Assembly (NCBI GenBank): GCA_038224325.1
Contig: JBBRFL010000012.1
Coordinates: 10,249 to 74,248, forward strand
Direction: 5' to 3'
DNA length: 64,000 nucleotides
Source of the DNA: Thermoanaerobaculia bacterium
GTDB taxonomy: Bacteria > Acidobacteriota > Thermoanaerobaculia > UBA5066 > Gp7-AA6
Shown: positions 30,186 to 39,651 of the stretch, piece by piece
Layout: every line of letters begins with the position of its first letter
How positions within the stretch are numbered: the first letter of the stretch is position 1
Notes under the pieces: model-generated
What the model was told of the DNA's origin: nothing
Seen by the model: only the letters and a program-made list of their open reading frames with translations
Database searches by the model: none
Made by a program: the position numbers and the translations under genes

Positions 30186-30467
30186 ATGACGCTTCTCGAG
30201 CTGGTGCTCTTCCTGGTCATCGCGGCCGTCGCCGGCGGCCTGGGTCGAGCGATCGCGGGCGGCACCCAGGGCGGGTGCATCGTCTCGATCGTCCTCGGCT
30301 TCATCGGCGCGATGCTCGGCTCCTGGATCGCGCGCAAGGCGAAGCTCCCCGAGCTATTCGTCGTCAAGCTGGGCGACGGGCCACCGTTTCCGTTCCTGTG
30401 GGCCGTCATCGGTGCGGCGCTCTTCGTCGCGATCGTGGTGGCGCTGTCGGGAGGCCGGCGGGACTAG
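30186..30467 (+). CDS. GlsB/YeaQ/YmgE (transglycosylase-associated) membrane protein
   Basis: Three hydrophobic segments, IVLGFIGAMLG, AVIGA. Confidence 0.8.
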   Translation: MTLLELVLFLVIAAVAGGLGRAIAGGTQGGCIVSIVLGFIGAMLGSWIARKAKLPELFVVKLGDGPPFPFLWAVIGAALFVAIVVALSGGRRD

Positions 30468-30519
30468 TCTCGCCTCGCCCGGACATCATTTGTCCCCGTT
30501 CGGGCGCTATTCTGGAATC

Positions 30520-31614
30520 ATGGCTTCCACCACGGTCTCGATCGGCCTCGGCCTGGCGATCCTCGCGCTGATCGCCGGCGTGAGCGCGCTGTTCCTCGCC
30601 CGCTCCCGCGACGCCGCCGCGCGGATGGATCGCCTGCTGGGCGAGACCTCCGGCGCGCGCGAGGCGTCCCAGTCGGTGGACCGGCGGTTCGACGAGCTGC
30701 GGCGATCGCTCGACCTCCGGGTCGCGTCCGTCGAGAAGCGTCTCGACACGGGCCAGCAGAGCCTCGCCGAGCATCTGGGCAAGTCCGGCCACCTGCTACG
30801 CGAGGTGGGCGAGAAGCTGGGCCGGCTCCACGAGACTTCCCTCAAGATCGAGCGCCTCGCCGGAGAGGTGACCCGACTGGAGGACCTCCTCAAGCCGCCC
30901 AAGCTCCGCGGCACGCTCGGGGAGATGTTCCTGGAGCAGGCGCTCGGGCAGGTCCTGCCGCCCGGAGCGTATGCGACTCAGCACCCGCTGGGCGACGGGG
31001 TCGTCGTCGACGCGGTGGTGTTCGTCCAGGATCGGGTCGTCCCCGTGGACAGCAAGTTCCCCCTGGAGAACTACCGCCGCTCCCACGAGGGAGAGGACGA
31101 GGCGGAGAAGAAGCGCGCGCACCAGCAGTTCTGCCGCGACGTGCGAAAGCACGTGGACTCGATCGCCGAGAAATACATTCGACCGGCCAGCGGTACCTGC
31201 GACTTCGCCCTCATGTACGTGCCCGCCGAGGCGGTCTACAGCGAGATCGCTGCGGACGGTGAGGACTGCGCGCTGGCCGACTATGCGGCCTCCAAGCGCG
31301 TGATCCCGGTATCCCCCCGACTGCTGTACGCCTATCTGTCCACGATCGCCCTGGGCCTGCGGGGAGTCGCCCTCCAGGAGAACGCCCGCGAGGTACATCA
31401 GAACCTGGCGGACCTGGCGCGGCTCTGGGACCGGGTCGGAGGCCCCCTGGAGAAGCTTGGCGCGCACCTCGGCAACGCCCAGAAGCAGTACGAGGAGACC
31501 TCGAAGGCGTTCGACCGCTTCACGACGCGCCTCGAGACGATCGCCGAGAAGGCGGACGGGGAGCTCGAAACGTCCCGCGCGAGCGCGACCCTGCCGCTCC
31601 TGCCGCCGTCCTGA
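30520..31614 (+). CDS. rmuC: DNA recombination protein RmuC
   Basis: N-terminal TM and coiled coil, RGTLGE, VDSKFP, KYI, DFALMYVPAEAVY, VSP. Confidence 0.9.
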   Translation: MASTTVSIGLGLAILALIAGVSALFLARSRDAAARMDRLLGETSGAREASQSVDRRFDELRRSLDLRVASVEKRLDTGQQSLAEHLGKSGHLLREVGEKLGRLHETSLKIERLAGEVTRLEDLLKPPKLRGTLGEMFLEQALGQVLPPGAYATQHPLGDGVVVDAVVFVQDRVVPVDSKFPLENYRRSHEGEDEAEKKRAHQQFCRDVRKHVDSIAEKYIRPASGTCDFALMYVPAEAVYSEIAADGEDCALADYAASKRVIPVSPRLLYAYLSTIALGLRGVALQENAREVHQNLADLARLWDRVGGPLEKLGAHLGNAQKQYEETSKAFDRFTTRLETIAEKADGELETSRASATLPLLPPS

Positions 31615-31700
31615 GGGCCGATCCCCGCGGCGCCGATCGTGTCCCCTCTCCCGCCGGTCTCGGCGGCTGATAGAATCCCCCGCTTCCGCTCGAGTCCTTT

Positions 31701-32996
31701 ATGAGCCTCAAAGTCACTTCCGAGATCGGCAAGCTCAAGTCCGTGCTCGTCCACCTGCCGGGTCCCGAGATCGACCGGATGGTGCCGTCGATGATGGAGG
31801 AGCTGTTGTTCGACGACATCCTCTACGGGAACCGCGCCCGGGAGGAGCACCGGCGGTTCCAACAGGTCCTGGGCTACGTCGCCGACGAAGTGCTGGAGAT
31901 TCAGGACCTTCTCGAGGACGTCCTCGCCGTCCCGGAGCAGCGCAGTGCGATCGTGGACGACCTCGGGAAGACGCTCGGCTGGGGGCCCGACATGGATTAC
32001 CGCCTCCGGGACCTAACGGCCGAGCAGCTAGCCGCGGCGCTGATCGTCGGCATCGAGAAGCCGGCCCCGGAGATGGCGCGCGAGGCCGCGGAGCTGTACG
32101 CATTGCCCCCGATCCCGAACTACTTCTTCCAGCGCGATCCCCTCGTGATCGTGGGGGAGCGCGCGATCCGGTGCGCGATGGCCACGTCCGCCCGGCTGAG
32201 GGAGCCCTTGCTGTCGGGGTACGTTCTCTCGCTGCATCCGAAGTTCTCCGGCGCCGAGGGGGGCAAGTTCTGGTTCCAGGAATTCTCCGCGGACTACGCG
32301 CCCTCCTCCTCCTACGCGCGCATGCGGCCGACCCTCGAGGGCGGAGACATCCTCATCCTCCGCGAGGACCTGCTGGCGATCGGCTACTCGGAGCGCACCG
32401 AGAAGACCACGATCGAGCGGCTGGCGGAGGCCTTCAAGGCGCGCAAGTCACCCATCAAGCGCATCCTGGTCGTCGCGATCCCGCCGCAGCGCTCCTACAT
32501 GCACCTCGACACGGTCTTCACCCGGATCTCGCCGGAGGAGTGCCTCGTGTACGGTCCCATGATTCTGCCGGACGGGGCGGAGGAGGCGGACGTCTACGAG
32601 TGCGACCTGACCAAGCGCGAGATCACGTGGACCACGGAGAAGGACCTCCTGTCGGCCCTGAAGGCCCAGAAGCTCGACCTGAAGCCGGTCCGCTGCGGTG
32701 GTGAGGATCCCATCGCGGAGCGGCGCGAGCAGTGGACCGACGGAGCCAACGCCTTCGCGCTCGCGCCCGGAGTGATCCTGATGTACGACCGCAACGAGGC
32801 CACCGCGGCCGAGCTCGCACGCGCCGGGTACACGGTCGTCGACGAGGCCGACCTGCTGCTCGGCAAGGAGGAGCTGGAGCTCTGGAAGCCCACCAAGAAA
32901 TACGTGATCCTCCTCGCCGCCCACGAGCTCTCCCGCGCCCGCGGCGGTCCCCGCTGCATGGCGATGCCCCTCGTCCGGGAAGACGTCAAGCCGTAA
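31701..32996 (+). CDS. arcA: Arginine deiminase
   Basis: SEIGKLKSVLVH, FQRD, LEGGD, MHLDTV, ELSRARGGPRCM. Confidence 0.93.
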   Translation: MSLKVTSEIGKLKSVLVHLPGPEIDRMVPSMMEELLFDDILYGNRAREEHRRFQQVLGYVADEVLEIQDLLEDVLAVPEQRSAIVDDLGKTLGWGPDMDYRLRDLTAEQLAAALIVGIEKPAPEMAREAAELYALPPIPNYFFQRDPLVIVGERAIRCAMATSARLREPLLSGYVLSLHPKFSGAEGGKFWFQEFSADYAPSSSYARMRPTLEGGDILILREDLLAIGYSERTEKTTIERLAEAFKARKSPIKRILVVAIPPQRSYMHLDTVFTRISPEECLVYGPMILPDGAEEADVYECDLTKREITWTTEKDLLSALKAQKLDLKPVRCGGEDPIAERREQWTDGANAFALAPGVILMYDRNEATAAELARAGYTVVDEADLLLGKEELELWKPTKKYVILLAAHELSRARGGPRCMAMPLVREDVKP

Positions 32997-33012
32997 CGCG
33001 CCCGCGTTCTCG

Positions 33013-33987
33013 ATGAACCCGACTCCCTTCTTCTCCTTCGTTCGCCCGCTCGCGGTCGTGGCGTTCGGCGGCAACGCGCTACTCCGCCCCGAGGACTCGG
33101 GATCGACCGCCGACCAGCTGGTGCGGGCGCGCGAGGCCGTGCGCAAGCTCATTCCGATCCTCGGAAAGGGGTACGAGCTCATCGTCGTGCACGGGAACGG
33201 GCCCCAGGTCGGCAACATCCTGATCCAGGCGGAGGAGGCCGCGGACCGGGTTCCCCCGCAGACCCTCGACTTTTGCGTCGCGCAGACGGAGGGCTCGATG
33301 GGATTCCTGCTCGAGCTCGCGTTCGACAACGAGCTGCCTCGCGCGGGCTTCCGCAAGCAGGTCGTGACGATCATGACGCAGGTCGAGGTCGACGCCGCCG
33401 ATCCGGCGTTTCAGAAACCGTCCAAGCCCGTTGGCCCGTTCTTCGCGAAGGAGCGCGCCGAGCTGCTGCAGAAGACCTCGGGCTGGACGATGGTCGAGGA
33501 CTCGGGCCGCGGCTGGCGAAAGGTCGTAGCCTCGCCCAAGCCCCGCGCGGTGCGCGGGGTCGAGGTGGCCGCGGCGCTGATCAACCGGGGGCACATCGTG
33601 ATCGCGGCCGGCGGAGGCGGCATCCCCGTGGTGGTCACCGACGACGGAGAGGTGAGGGGAGTGGAGGCGGTCATCGACAAGGACTACGCGGCCTCGATGC
33701 TGGCCGCGTCGCTCTCGGCCAACCTCTTCATCATCCTGACGGGTGTCGAGCGGGTCTCGACGGACTTCGGAAAGCCCTCGGCGAAGGAGCTCCCCGAGAT
33801 CGACGTCGCGACCGCGAAGAGGCTCCTGGCGGAGGGGCAGTTCCCCGCGGGGAGCATGGGTCCGAAGATCGACGCGGCGATCCGGTTCGTCGAAGCGGGC
33901 GGCCACGAGGTCCTCGTGACCCGAGCCGAGGCGCTTTCGGAGGCGCTCGAGGGGAAGACGGGAACTTTCATCCGCCCGAACCGATGA
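33013..33987 (+). CDS. arcC: Carbamate kinase
   Basis: AFGGNAL, HGNGPQVG, KPVGPF, GGGGIPV, VIDKD, GSMGPK. Confidence 0.94.
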   Translation: MNPTPFFSFVRPLAVVAFGGNALLRPEDSGSTADQLVRAREAVRKLIPILGKGYELIVVHGNGPQVGNILIQAEEAADRVPPQTLDFCVAQTEGSMGFLLELAFDNELPRAGFRKQVVTIMTQVEVDAADPAFQKPSKPVGPFFAKERAELLQKTSGWTMVEDSGRGWRKVVASPKPRAVRGVEVAAALINRGHIVIAAGGGGIPVVVTDDGEVRGVEAVIDKDYAASMLAASLSANLFIILTGVERVSTDFGKPSAKELPEIDVATAKRLLAEGQFPAGSMGPKIDAAIRFVEAGGHEVLVTRAEALSEALEGKTGTFIRPNR

Positions 33988-34000
33988 CCCGCGGCGGGGC

Positions 34001-35032
34001 GTGACTCACTCCTTGAGCGCGAGGCGCCGCTTCCCGCGCGGACTCGGGCCCGCGAGCTTCGGGTTGCTGGTGCTCGCCCTGGCGGTCGCCGGGGGCTTCG
34101 CGCTCCTGCACCGGCGCGGTGCGGGGCCAGGGGCGGGACCGGGGGAGAGCTCCCCGGCGACGGTCACGCTCGATCGGGTAGAGCTGCGCTTGAAGCCGGC
34201 GCGCGATGGAGCCGCGACGACGGCGCTCACCCGGGGCGACCGCGTCCGGGTCACCGATGAGCGCGGCCCCTGGGTCGAGGTCGAAGCCGGCGCCGGCGCG
34301 GGCGCGAAGGGTTTCCTGCCGGCGGAATCGGTCGAGCGGGACTCGGATCGCGACGCGCGGCAGCGCCGGGCGAAGACGCTGCTCGCGTTCCCTCCCGTCT
34401 ACGGCGTCGTGGGAGAGGACGCGGAGATCGTCCTCGCGCCCGATCCCCTGGCGCCGCGGGGTGGGCACCTGACCCGGGGAACGGTGATTCCCATCCACTC
34501 CGTGGATCATTCGTACTTCGCCTTTCGCGACGAGAAGCTGGGACTCGCCTTCGTCAACTCGTCGCAGGTCGATCTCGTCCCGAGAGACCCTCGGCAGCCC
34601 GCGATCCGTCCGGAGAAAACGCGGGCGCTGAAGAACCTGACGGTCGTCAACCTGAACGGAGAACCGCCGCCGGAGGAGGAGCCGCCGGCGGATTTCCCGG
34701 TCGTCCCCGAATCGGAGCCGGTGGCCACCGCGCCGAAGCCTCCGCCGGGCTCGATCGAGCCGCCGTCCATCCGGACGCGGGTGGATCCCGCCTACCCGGA
34801 GGCGGCGCGGCGAGCGGGAATCGAGGGGACCGTCGAGCTCGAGGTCGCGATCGACGCATCCGGGAAGGTGACCGACGTCGAGGTGGTGCGGGGCCTGCCT
34901 CTGGGCCTGTCCGACGCCGCCGCGGACGCCGTGCGCCGCTGGACCTATCGGCCGGCGCGAGGGCCCGGGGGCTTCGTTGCGTCGCGCAAGACCGTTCGGA
35001 TTCGTTTCGCGCTGGAGGGCGCGCAGCCGTGA
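34001..35032 (+). CDS. Membrane-anchored protein with SH3b-like domain(s) and a TonB C-terminal domain
   Basis: TM anchor; LTRGDRVRV...WVEV...GFLP; Pro-rich linker; YPEAARRAGIEGTV...AVRRWTYRPA. Confidence 0.78.
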   Translation: MTHSLSARRRFPRGLGPASFGLLVLALAVAGGFALLHRRGAGPGAGPGESSPATVTLDRVELRLKPARDGAATTALTRGDRVRVTDERGPWVEVEAGAGAGAKGFLPAESVERDSDRDARQRRAKTLLAFPPVYGVVGEDAEIVLAPDPLAPRGGHLTRGTVIPIHSVDHSYFAFRDEKLGLAFVNSSQVDLVPRDPRQPAIRPEKTRALKNLTVVNLNGEPPPEEEPPADFPVVPESEPVATAPKPPPGSIEPPSIRTRVDPAYPEAARRAGIEGTVELEVAIDASGKVTDVEVVRGLPLGLSDAAADAVRRWTYRPARGPGGFVASRKTVRIRFALEGAQP

Positions 35033-35077
35033 CGGCGCTTCGCGATCCCCGGGCGCGCTTATAATTCGCGAGATCCC

Positions 35078-36691
35078 ATGCTCCAGGTTCTCTACGAAAC
35101 TGACGGGCGCTCCCAGGTGTTCACGATGCTTCGGGATGCCGCCTCGATCGGACGGGCCACCGACAACGACATCGTCCTGAACGATTTCTCCGTCTCGCGG
35201 CGCCACGCGTTGCTCAAGAGGGAAAACGACGACTGGGTCCTTTACGACAACGGGTCCACCAACGGCATTCGCCTCAACGACGCCACCGTTCCGAAGGCCG
35301 TCGTCAAGGACGGGGACCAGGCGATGGTCGGAACCTTCCTCCTTCGATTCCGCGACGACCCGACCGTCTCGAGGGGCCAGCGGGACCGCCTGATGGATTC
35401 CACTTCGACCTGCATCCGGTCGATCGCGGAATTCAACGCGGACTTCGGCCTCGAGCGCGGCGTCCCGGCCTCGCCGGATTCCACGGCCGATCGCAAGCGC
35501 GTCGTCCTGGACGTCGGGTACAAGAACAAGATCTTCGAGATCCTGGTCCAGGTCGCAAAGGCGCTGATCTCCGCCGACGACCTGGCCACCGTGCTCGACA
35601 AGGTGATGGACCTGATCTTCGAGTTCCTGGCGGTCGATCGAGGCTTCCTGCTCCTGGAGGAGGAGGGGATGCTCCGCCTGCGGATCTCGCGGTACAAGTC
35701 GAAGAAGAGGATGACATCCGACGGCTCGGCTCCGTACTCGCGCACGATCGTCGACATGGTCGTGGGGCAGAAGGTCGCGGTGCTGACCTCGGACGCCCAG
35801 ACGGACCAGCGTTTCGAGAGCGGCGATTCGATCCGGATGCAGCAGATCCGCTCGGCGATGTGCGCCCCGCTGTGGAACCAGGAGTCCGTGATCGGCGTGA
35901 TCTACGTCGATTCCCCGCTCCACGCGGGCAGCTTCTCGGAGCGGGACCTCGATCTCTTAACCGCGCTCGCCAACTTCGCAGCCGTCGCCATCGAGCGAGC
36001 GCGGCTGCACGAGCGCGTGATCGAGGAGAAGCGCATCCGGGGGCGGCTCGAGAGGTACCACTCGCCGCAGGTGGTCGAGGAGATCATCACCGACGTCACC
36101 GCGACCGGGGACTGGAAGGCGGTTCGCACGAAGGTCGTGACCGTGCTCTTCGCCGACCTCGTGGGCTTCACGAGCTGGTCCGAGAAGATGCCGGCCGAGA
36201 CGCTCGCCCGGATGCTGACGGAATTCTTCACGCTCGCCTCGGAGGAAGTGTTCGCGAGCGGGGGGACCATCGACAAGTTCATCGGCGACGCGGTCATGGC
36301 CTTTTTCGGCGCGCCCCTCGACCAGGCCGACCACGCGGATCGCGCCGTTATGGCGGCGCTGCGCATCCGGGAGGGAGTGACGGTTTGGAACCGCGCGCGC
36401 GCGGAGCGGGGAGAGCTTCCCCTGGAGGTCCGAATCGCGCTGAACACGGGCGACGCGATCGTCGGCGACATCGGCTCGCACCGCCGCGTCGACTACACCG
36501 TGCTTGGAAACGCGGTCAACGTCGCCGCGCGCATGGAGGAGTTCGTCGCGCAGCCCGGGGACGTCGTGATCGGCCCGGCGACCTACGAGGCCGTGCGGGA
36601 GAAATACGACACGGCCCAGCTCGGGCGCTTCGCCCTCAAGGGACTCTCGACCCAGGTTCCGCTCTACAAGGTCCTCGGACCGCTCCCGTAG
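35078..36691 (+). CDS. FHA-GAF-class III adenylate/guanylate cyclase
   Basis: FHA IGR...SRRHA...STNG; GAF SAMCAPL...GVIYVD; cyclase LFADLVGFT, DKFIGDAVM, DYTVLGNAVNVAAR (K/D pair favours ATP). Confidence 0.9.
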   Translation: MLQVLYETDGRSQVFTMLRDAASIGRATDNDIVLNDFSVSRRHALLKRENDDWVLYDNGSTNGIRLNDATVPKAVVKDGDQAMVGTFLLRFRDDPTVSRGQRDRLMDSTSTCIRSIAEFNADFGLERGVPASPDSTADRKRVVLDVGYKNKIFEILVQVAKALISADDLATVLDKVMDLIFEFLAVDRGFLLLEEEGMLRLRISRYKSKKRMTSDGSAPYSRTIVDMVVGQKVAVLTSDAQTDQRFESGDSIRMQQIRSAMCAPLWNQESVIGVIYVDSPLHAGSFSERDLDLLTALANFAAVAIERARLHERVIEEKRIRGRLERYHSPQVVEEIITDVTATGDWKAVRTKVVTVLFADLVGFTSWSEKMPAETLARMLTEFFTLASEEVFASGGTIDKFIGDAVMAFFGAPLDQADHADRAVMAALRIREGVTVWNRARAERGELPLEVRIALNTGDAIVGDIGSHRRVDYTVLGNAVNVAARMEEFVAQPGDVVIGPATYEAVREKYDTAQLGRFALKGLSTQVPLYKVLGPLP

Positions 36692-36723
36692 CCTCGCACG
36701 CGGCCGTGGCAGAATCCTGATCC

Positions 36724-37281
36724 GTGGGATCCCTACCGCTCGTCTTCGTGACCGGCCGCCCCGAGAAGGCGCTGGAGGCCCGGAGGATGGGCTTCCGCGT
36801 CGAGCACCTCGACCTCGATCTGCCCGAGCCGCAGGCCCTGGATCCCTCGGAGATCGTCGAGGCCAAGGTCCGGAGCGCGTACCAGATCCTTTCGCGCCCG
36901 GTCCTCGTGGAGGACAGCGGCCTGTCCATACGGGCGTGGAATGGCTTCCCGGGCGCGCTCGTCAAGTGGCTCGAGAAGAGCGCGGGAGTCGGGACGCTGG
37001 CGCGAATGCTGGACGGGTTCCCGGACCGGCGAGCCACCGCGGTCTGCGCGATCGCCTACTGCGACGGCGCCGAGGTGATGACCGCGCGCGGAGCGACGGA
37101 GGGCTCGATCGCGCCGGAGCCCCGGGGCGAGGCGGGCTTCGGATGGGACGTCCTGTTCGTCCCGGAGGGAAGCGAGCGCACGTTCGCGGAGATGGCGCCA
37201 GAGGAAAAGGACCGCGTCTCGCACCGCCGCCGGGCCTGGGAGGCGCTCGCGGACAAGCTTCCGCTTCCCCCCCGGGGATGA
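36724..37281 (+). CDS. Non-canonical purine NTP pyrophosphatase (HAM1/ITPase)
   Basis: FVTG, VEDSGL, FGWD, KDRVSHR. Confidence 0.9.
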   Translation: MGSLPLVFVTGRPEKALEARRMGFRVEHLDLDLPEPQALDPSEIVEAKVRSAYQILSRPVLVEDSGLSIRAWNGFPGALVKWLEKSAGVGTLARMLDGFPDRRATAVCAIAYCDGAEVMTARGATEGSIAPEPRGEAGFGWDVLFVPEGSERTFAEMAPEEKDRVSHRRRAWEALADKLPLPPRG

Positions 37282-38435
37282 GCGCGCGCCGGTCGGGGAC
37301 TCTCGCTCTCGCAGTCCTCGCGGCCGCCCTCTCCGTGCGCGCGGGTTGCGCCCTCGACGCTCCTGCGGCCCGCACGTACTCCCTCCGGTCCGGCCGTTCC
37401 CTGCGCGTCGAGACGTTCGTCGAGGGGCTCGAGGTGCCCTGGTCGATCGTCTTCACGTCTCCGTCGCGGATGCTGGTGAGCGAGCGTCCCGGCCGCATTC
37501 GGGTCGTCGAGGGCGGCGTCCTCCAGGCCCGGCCGCTGTCCGTAGTCGCCGACATCGAGGCCCGCGGCGAGAGCGGCCTGATGGGGCTCGCGGTGGCGCC
37601 CGACTACGCGCGATCGCGCCACATCTTCGCGGCCTACGCCTACGACACGGCGGGCGGGCCGCGGGTTCGCGTGGTCCGGCTCCGGGACGACGGTTCCGGG
37701 GTGTCGGAACGCACGGTGATCGTCGAGGGGATTTCCGCGGCGCAATTCCACGCCGGGTGCCGTCTGCGATTCGGGCCCGACGCGAAGCTCTACGTCACGA
37801 CCGGCGACGCGACGGACGGGCCAATCGCCCAGCGGATGGACTCGCTCAGTGGAAAGACGCTTCGGTTGAACGCGGACGGGGCGATTCCCTCGGACAATCC
37901 CTTTCCCGGATCGCGGGTCTACTCGCTGGGCCACCGGAACTCGCAGGGACTGGACTGGGATCCAAGGTCCGGCCTGCAGTTCCAGACCGAACACGGCCCG
38001 TCCGGATTCGACGGGCCCGGAGGCGGCGACGAGGTCAACATCGTCGAGCCCGGCAAGAACTACGGCTGGCCGCTGATCCACCACCGCGAGACCCGCGCGG
38101 GGCTCGAGTCGCCCCTTCTCGAGTACACGCCGGCCGTCGCGCCCTCGGGCGCCTCGTTTTGCCGCGGGGGACTCCTGCCGTCCTTCGATGGCGACTTCTT
38201 CTTCGCCGCGCTTCGCGGGGAAAAATTGATCCGGGTTCGGCTCGAGCCCGTCAACCGGCGACGCGTGGCCGAGACCGAGGAGCTCTTCGCGGGCGCGTAC
38301 GGCCGCCTGCGCGACGCGGTCTTCGGGCCGGATGGGGCCCTGTACGTCGCCACGAGCAATCGCGACGGACGGGGTCGGGCCCGAACGGGGGACGACCGCA
38401 TCCTGCGGGTCGTCGAGATCTCGACCCCTCGTTGA
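37278..38435 (+). CDS. PQQ-dependent aldose sugar dehydrogenase (YliI/GSDH family)
   Basis: Signal peptide, PWSIVF, ERPGR, FHAGCRLRFGPD, GHRNSQG, EHGP, GRLRD. Confidence 0.88.
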   Translation: MSARRSGTLALAVLAAALSVRAGCALDAPAARTYSLRSGRSLRVETFVEGLEVPWSIVFTSPSRMLVSERPGRIRVVEGGVLQARPLSVVADIEARGESGLMGLAVAPDYARSRHIFAAYAYDTAGGPRVRVVRLRDDGSGVSERTVIVEGISAAQFHAGCRLRFGPDAKLYVTTGDATDGPIAQRMDSLSGKTLRLNADGAIPSDNPFPGSRVYSLGHRNSQGLDWDPRSGLQFQTEHGPSGFDGPGGGDEVNIVEPGKNYGWPLIHHRETRAGLESPLLEYTPAVAPSGASFCRGGLLPSFDGDFFFAALRGEKLIRVRLEPVNRRRVAETEELFAGAYGRLRDAVFGPDGALYVATSNRDGRGRARTGDDRILRVVEISTPR

Positions 38436-38497
38436 ACGGCGATCCCGGATTTCGCGTTCGGTCGGGGGCGAAAAGCGGTAAATTCCCGCTTTACTTC

Positions 38498-39217
38498 ATG
38501 GAACTTGCGGAGGTCGTTGGACAGCTTTCCGGGCTACGGCGGTTCGCCGTCCGCTCGCTCGGCGGCGAGTCGCCGGACGAAGCGCTCGTGCGGGGCCCGG
38601 GCCTGGTCGGCGACCGCATCTACGGCCTCTTCGACGAGGAGGAGGGTGCGCCGCTGACGGCGCGCAACGCGCCGTTCCTGCTCCGGTATCGCGTCCGGTA
38701 CCTGGATTCCATGGTCGAGGGCGGCGACCTGGAGCCCTGGATCCGCGTCAAGGCCCCGGACGGCAGCGAGACCCCGCTCTCGGACCCCCGATGGGTCAAC
38801 GGCGTCGCGCAGCGCTATGGACGGCCGGTGAGCCTGCGACGGACCGAGGCGACCGCGAATTCCGCGCCCCTCCATCTCCTCTCGGTGCCCACGGTGCGCT
38901 TCCTCGAGAAGCAGTACGGCGGGCCGCTCGAGCCGATGCGGCTGCGCTCGAACCTTCTCCTGGATCTGCCCGAGGCGCGGGCGTTCGAAGAGGATCGATG
39001 GATCGGGCGCCAGATCTGGATCGGCGACGTGCTGCTCGAGATCGTGAAGCAGTGCGACGAATGCATCGTCACGAGCCTCGACGCGCAGACGCCGGAGCGC
39101 TCCCCGGGCGTGCTCAACGCGATCGCCCGGGGTCGCGGAGGCATGACGGGAGTGTACGCGCGCGCCCTGACCGGGAATCGAGTGCGCGTGGGAGACCCGG
39201 TCTCGATCGTCGGCTGA
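38498..39217 (+). CDS. MOSC domain protein (YcbX/mARC-like, divergent)
   Basis: RRFAVRS, GLVGDR, LHLLS, RLRSN, AFEEDRW, CDECIV, GVYA. Confidence 0.75.
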   Translation: MELAEVVGQLSGLRRFAVRSLGGESPDEALVRGPGLVGDRIYGLFDEEEGAPLTARNAPFLLRYRVRYLDSMVEGGDLEPWIRVKAPDGSETPLSDPRWVNGVAQRYGRPVSLRRTEATANSAPLHLLSVPTVRFLEKQYGGPLEPMRLRSNLLLDLPEARAFEEDRWIGRQIWIGDVLLEIVKQCDECIVTSLDAQTPERSPGVLNAIARGRGGMTGVYARALTGNRVRVGDPVSIVG

Positions 39218-39232
39218 TAGACTCGCGATCGA

Positions 39233-39643
39233 ATGTCGCGACCCATTCGCGTCCTCATCGCCAAGCCCGGGCTCGACGGGCACGACCGGGGCGCCAAGAT
39301 CATCGCCCGGGCGCTTCGGGACGCGGGGATGGAGGTCATCTACTCCGGCCTGCGCCAGACTCCCGAGCAGGTGGTCGCCGCCGCGATCCAGGAGGACGCC
39401 GACGTCATCGGATTGTCGATCCTGTCGGGCGCGCACAACGTGCTGTTCCCCGAGATCCTGAAGCTTCTGAAGGAGCGCGGCGGCGAGGACATACTGGTCG
39501 TCGCGGGAGGGATCATCCCCGATAAGGACATCGCCAGCCTCAAGGCGATGGGCATCCGCGAGATCTTCCTCCCCGGAACGCCGACTCAGACCCTCGTCGA
39601 CTACATCCGCAAAGAGGCGGGACAGAAGATCGCGCGCGGCTAG
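39233..39643 (+). CDS. B12-binding small subunit of an acyl-CoA mutase
   Basis: [10 protein letters not shown] (DxHxxG), [14 protein letters not shown]. Confidence 0.92.
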   Translation: MSRPIRVLIAKPGLDGHDRGAKIIARALRDAGMEVIYSGLRQTPEQVVAAAIQEDADVIGLSILSGAHNVLFPEILKLLKERGGEDILVVAGGIIPDKDIASLKAMGIREIFLPGTPTQTLVDYIRKEAGQKIARG

Positions 39644-39651
39644 CGGAAACG

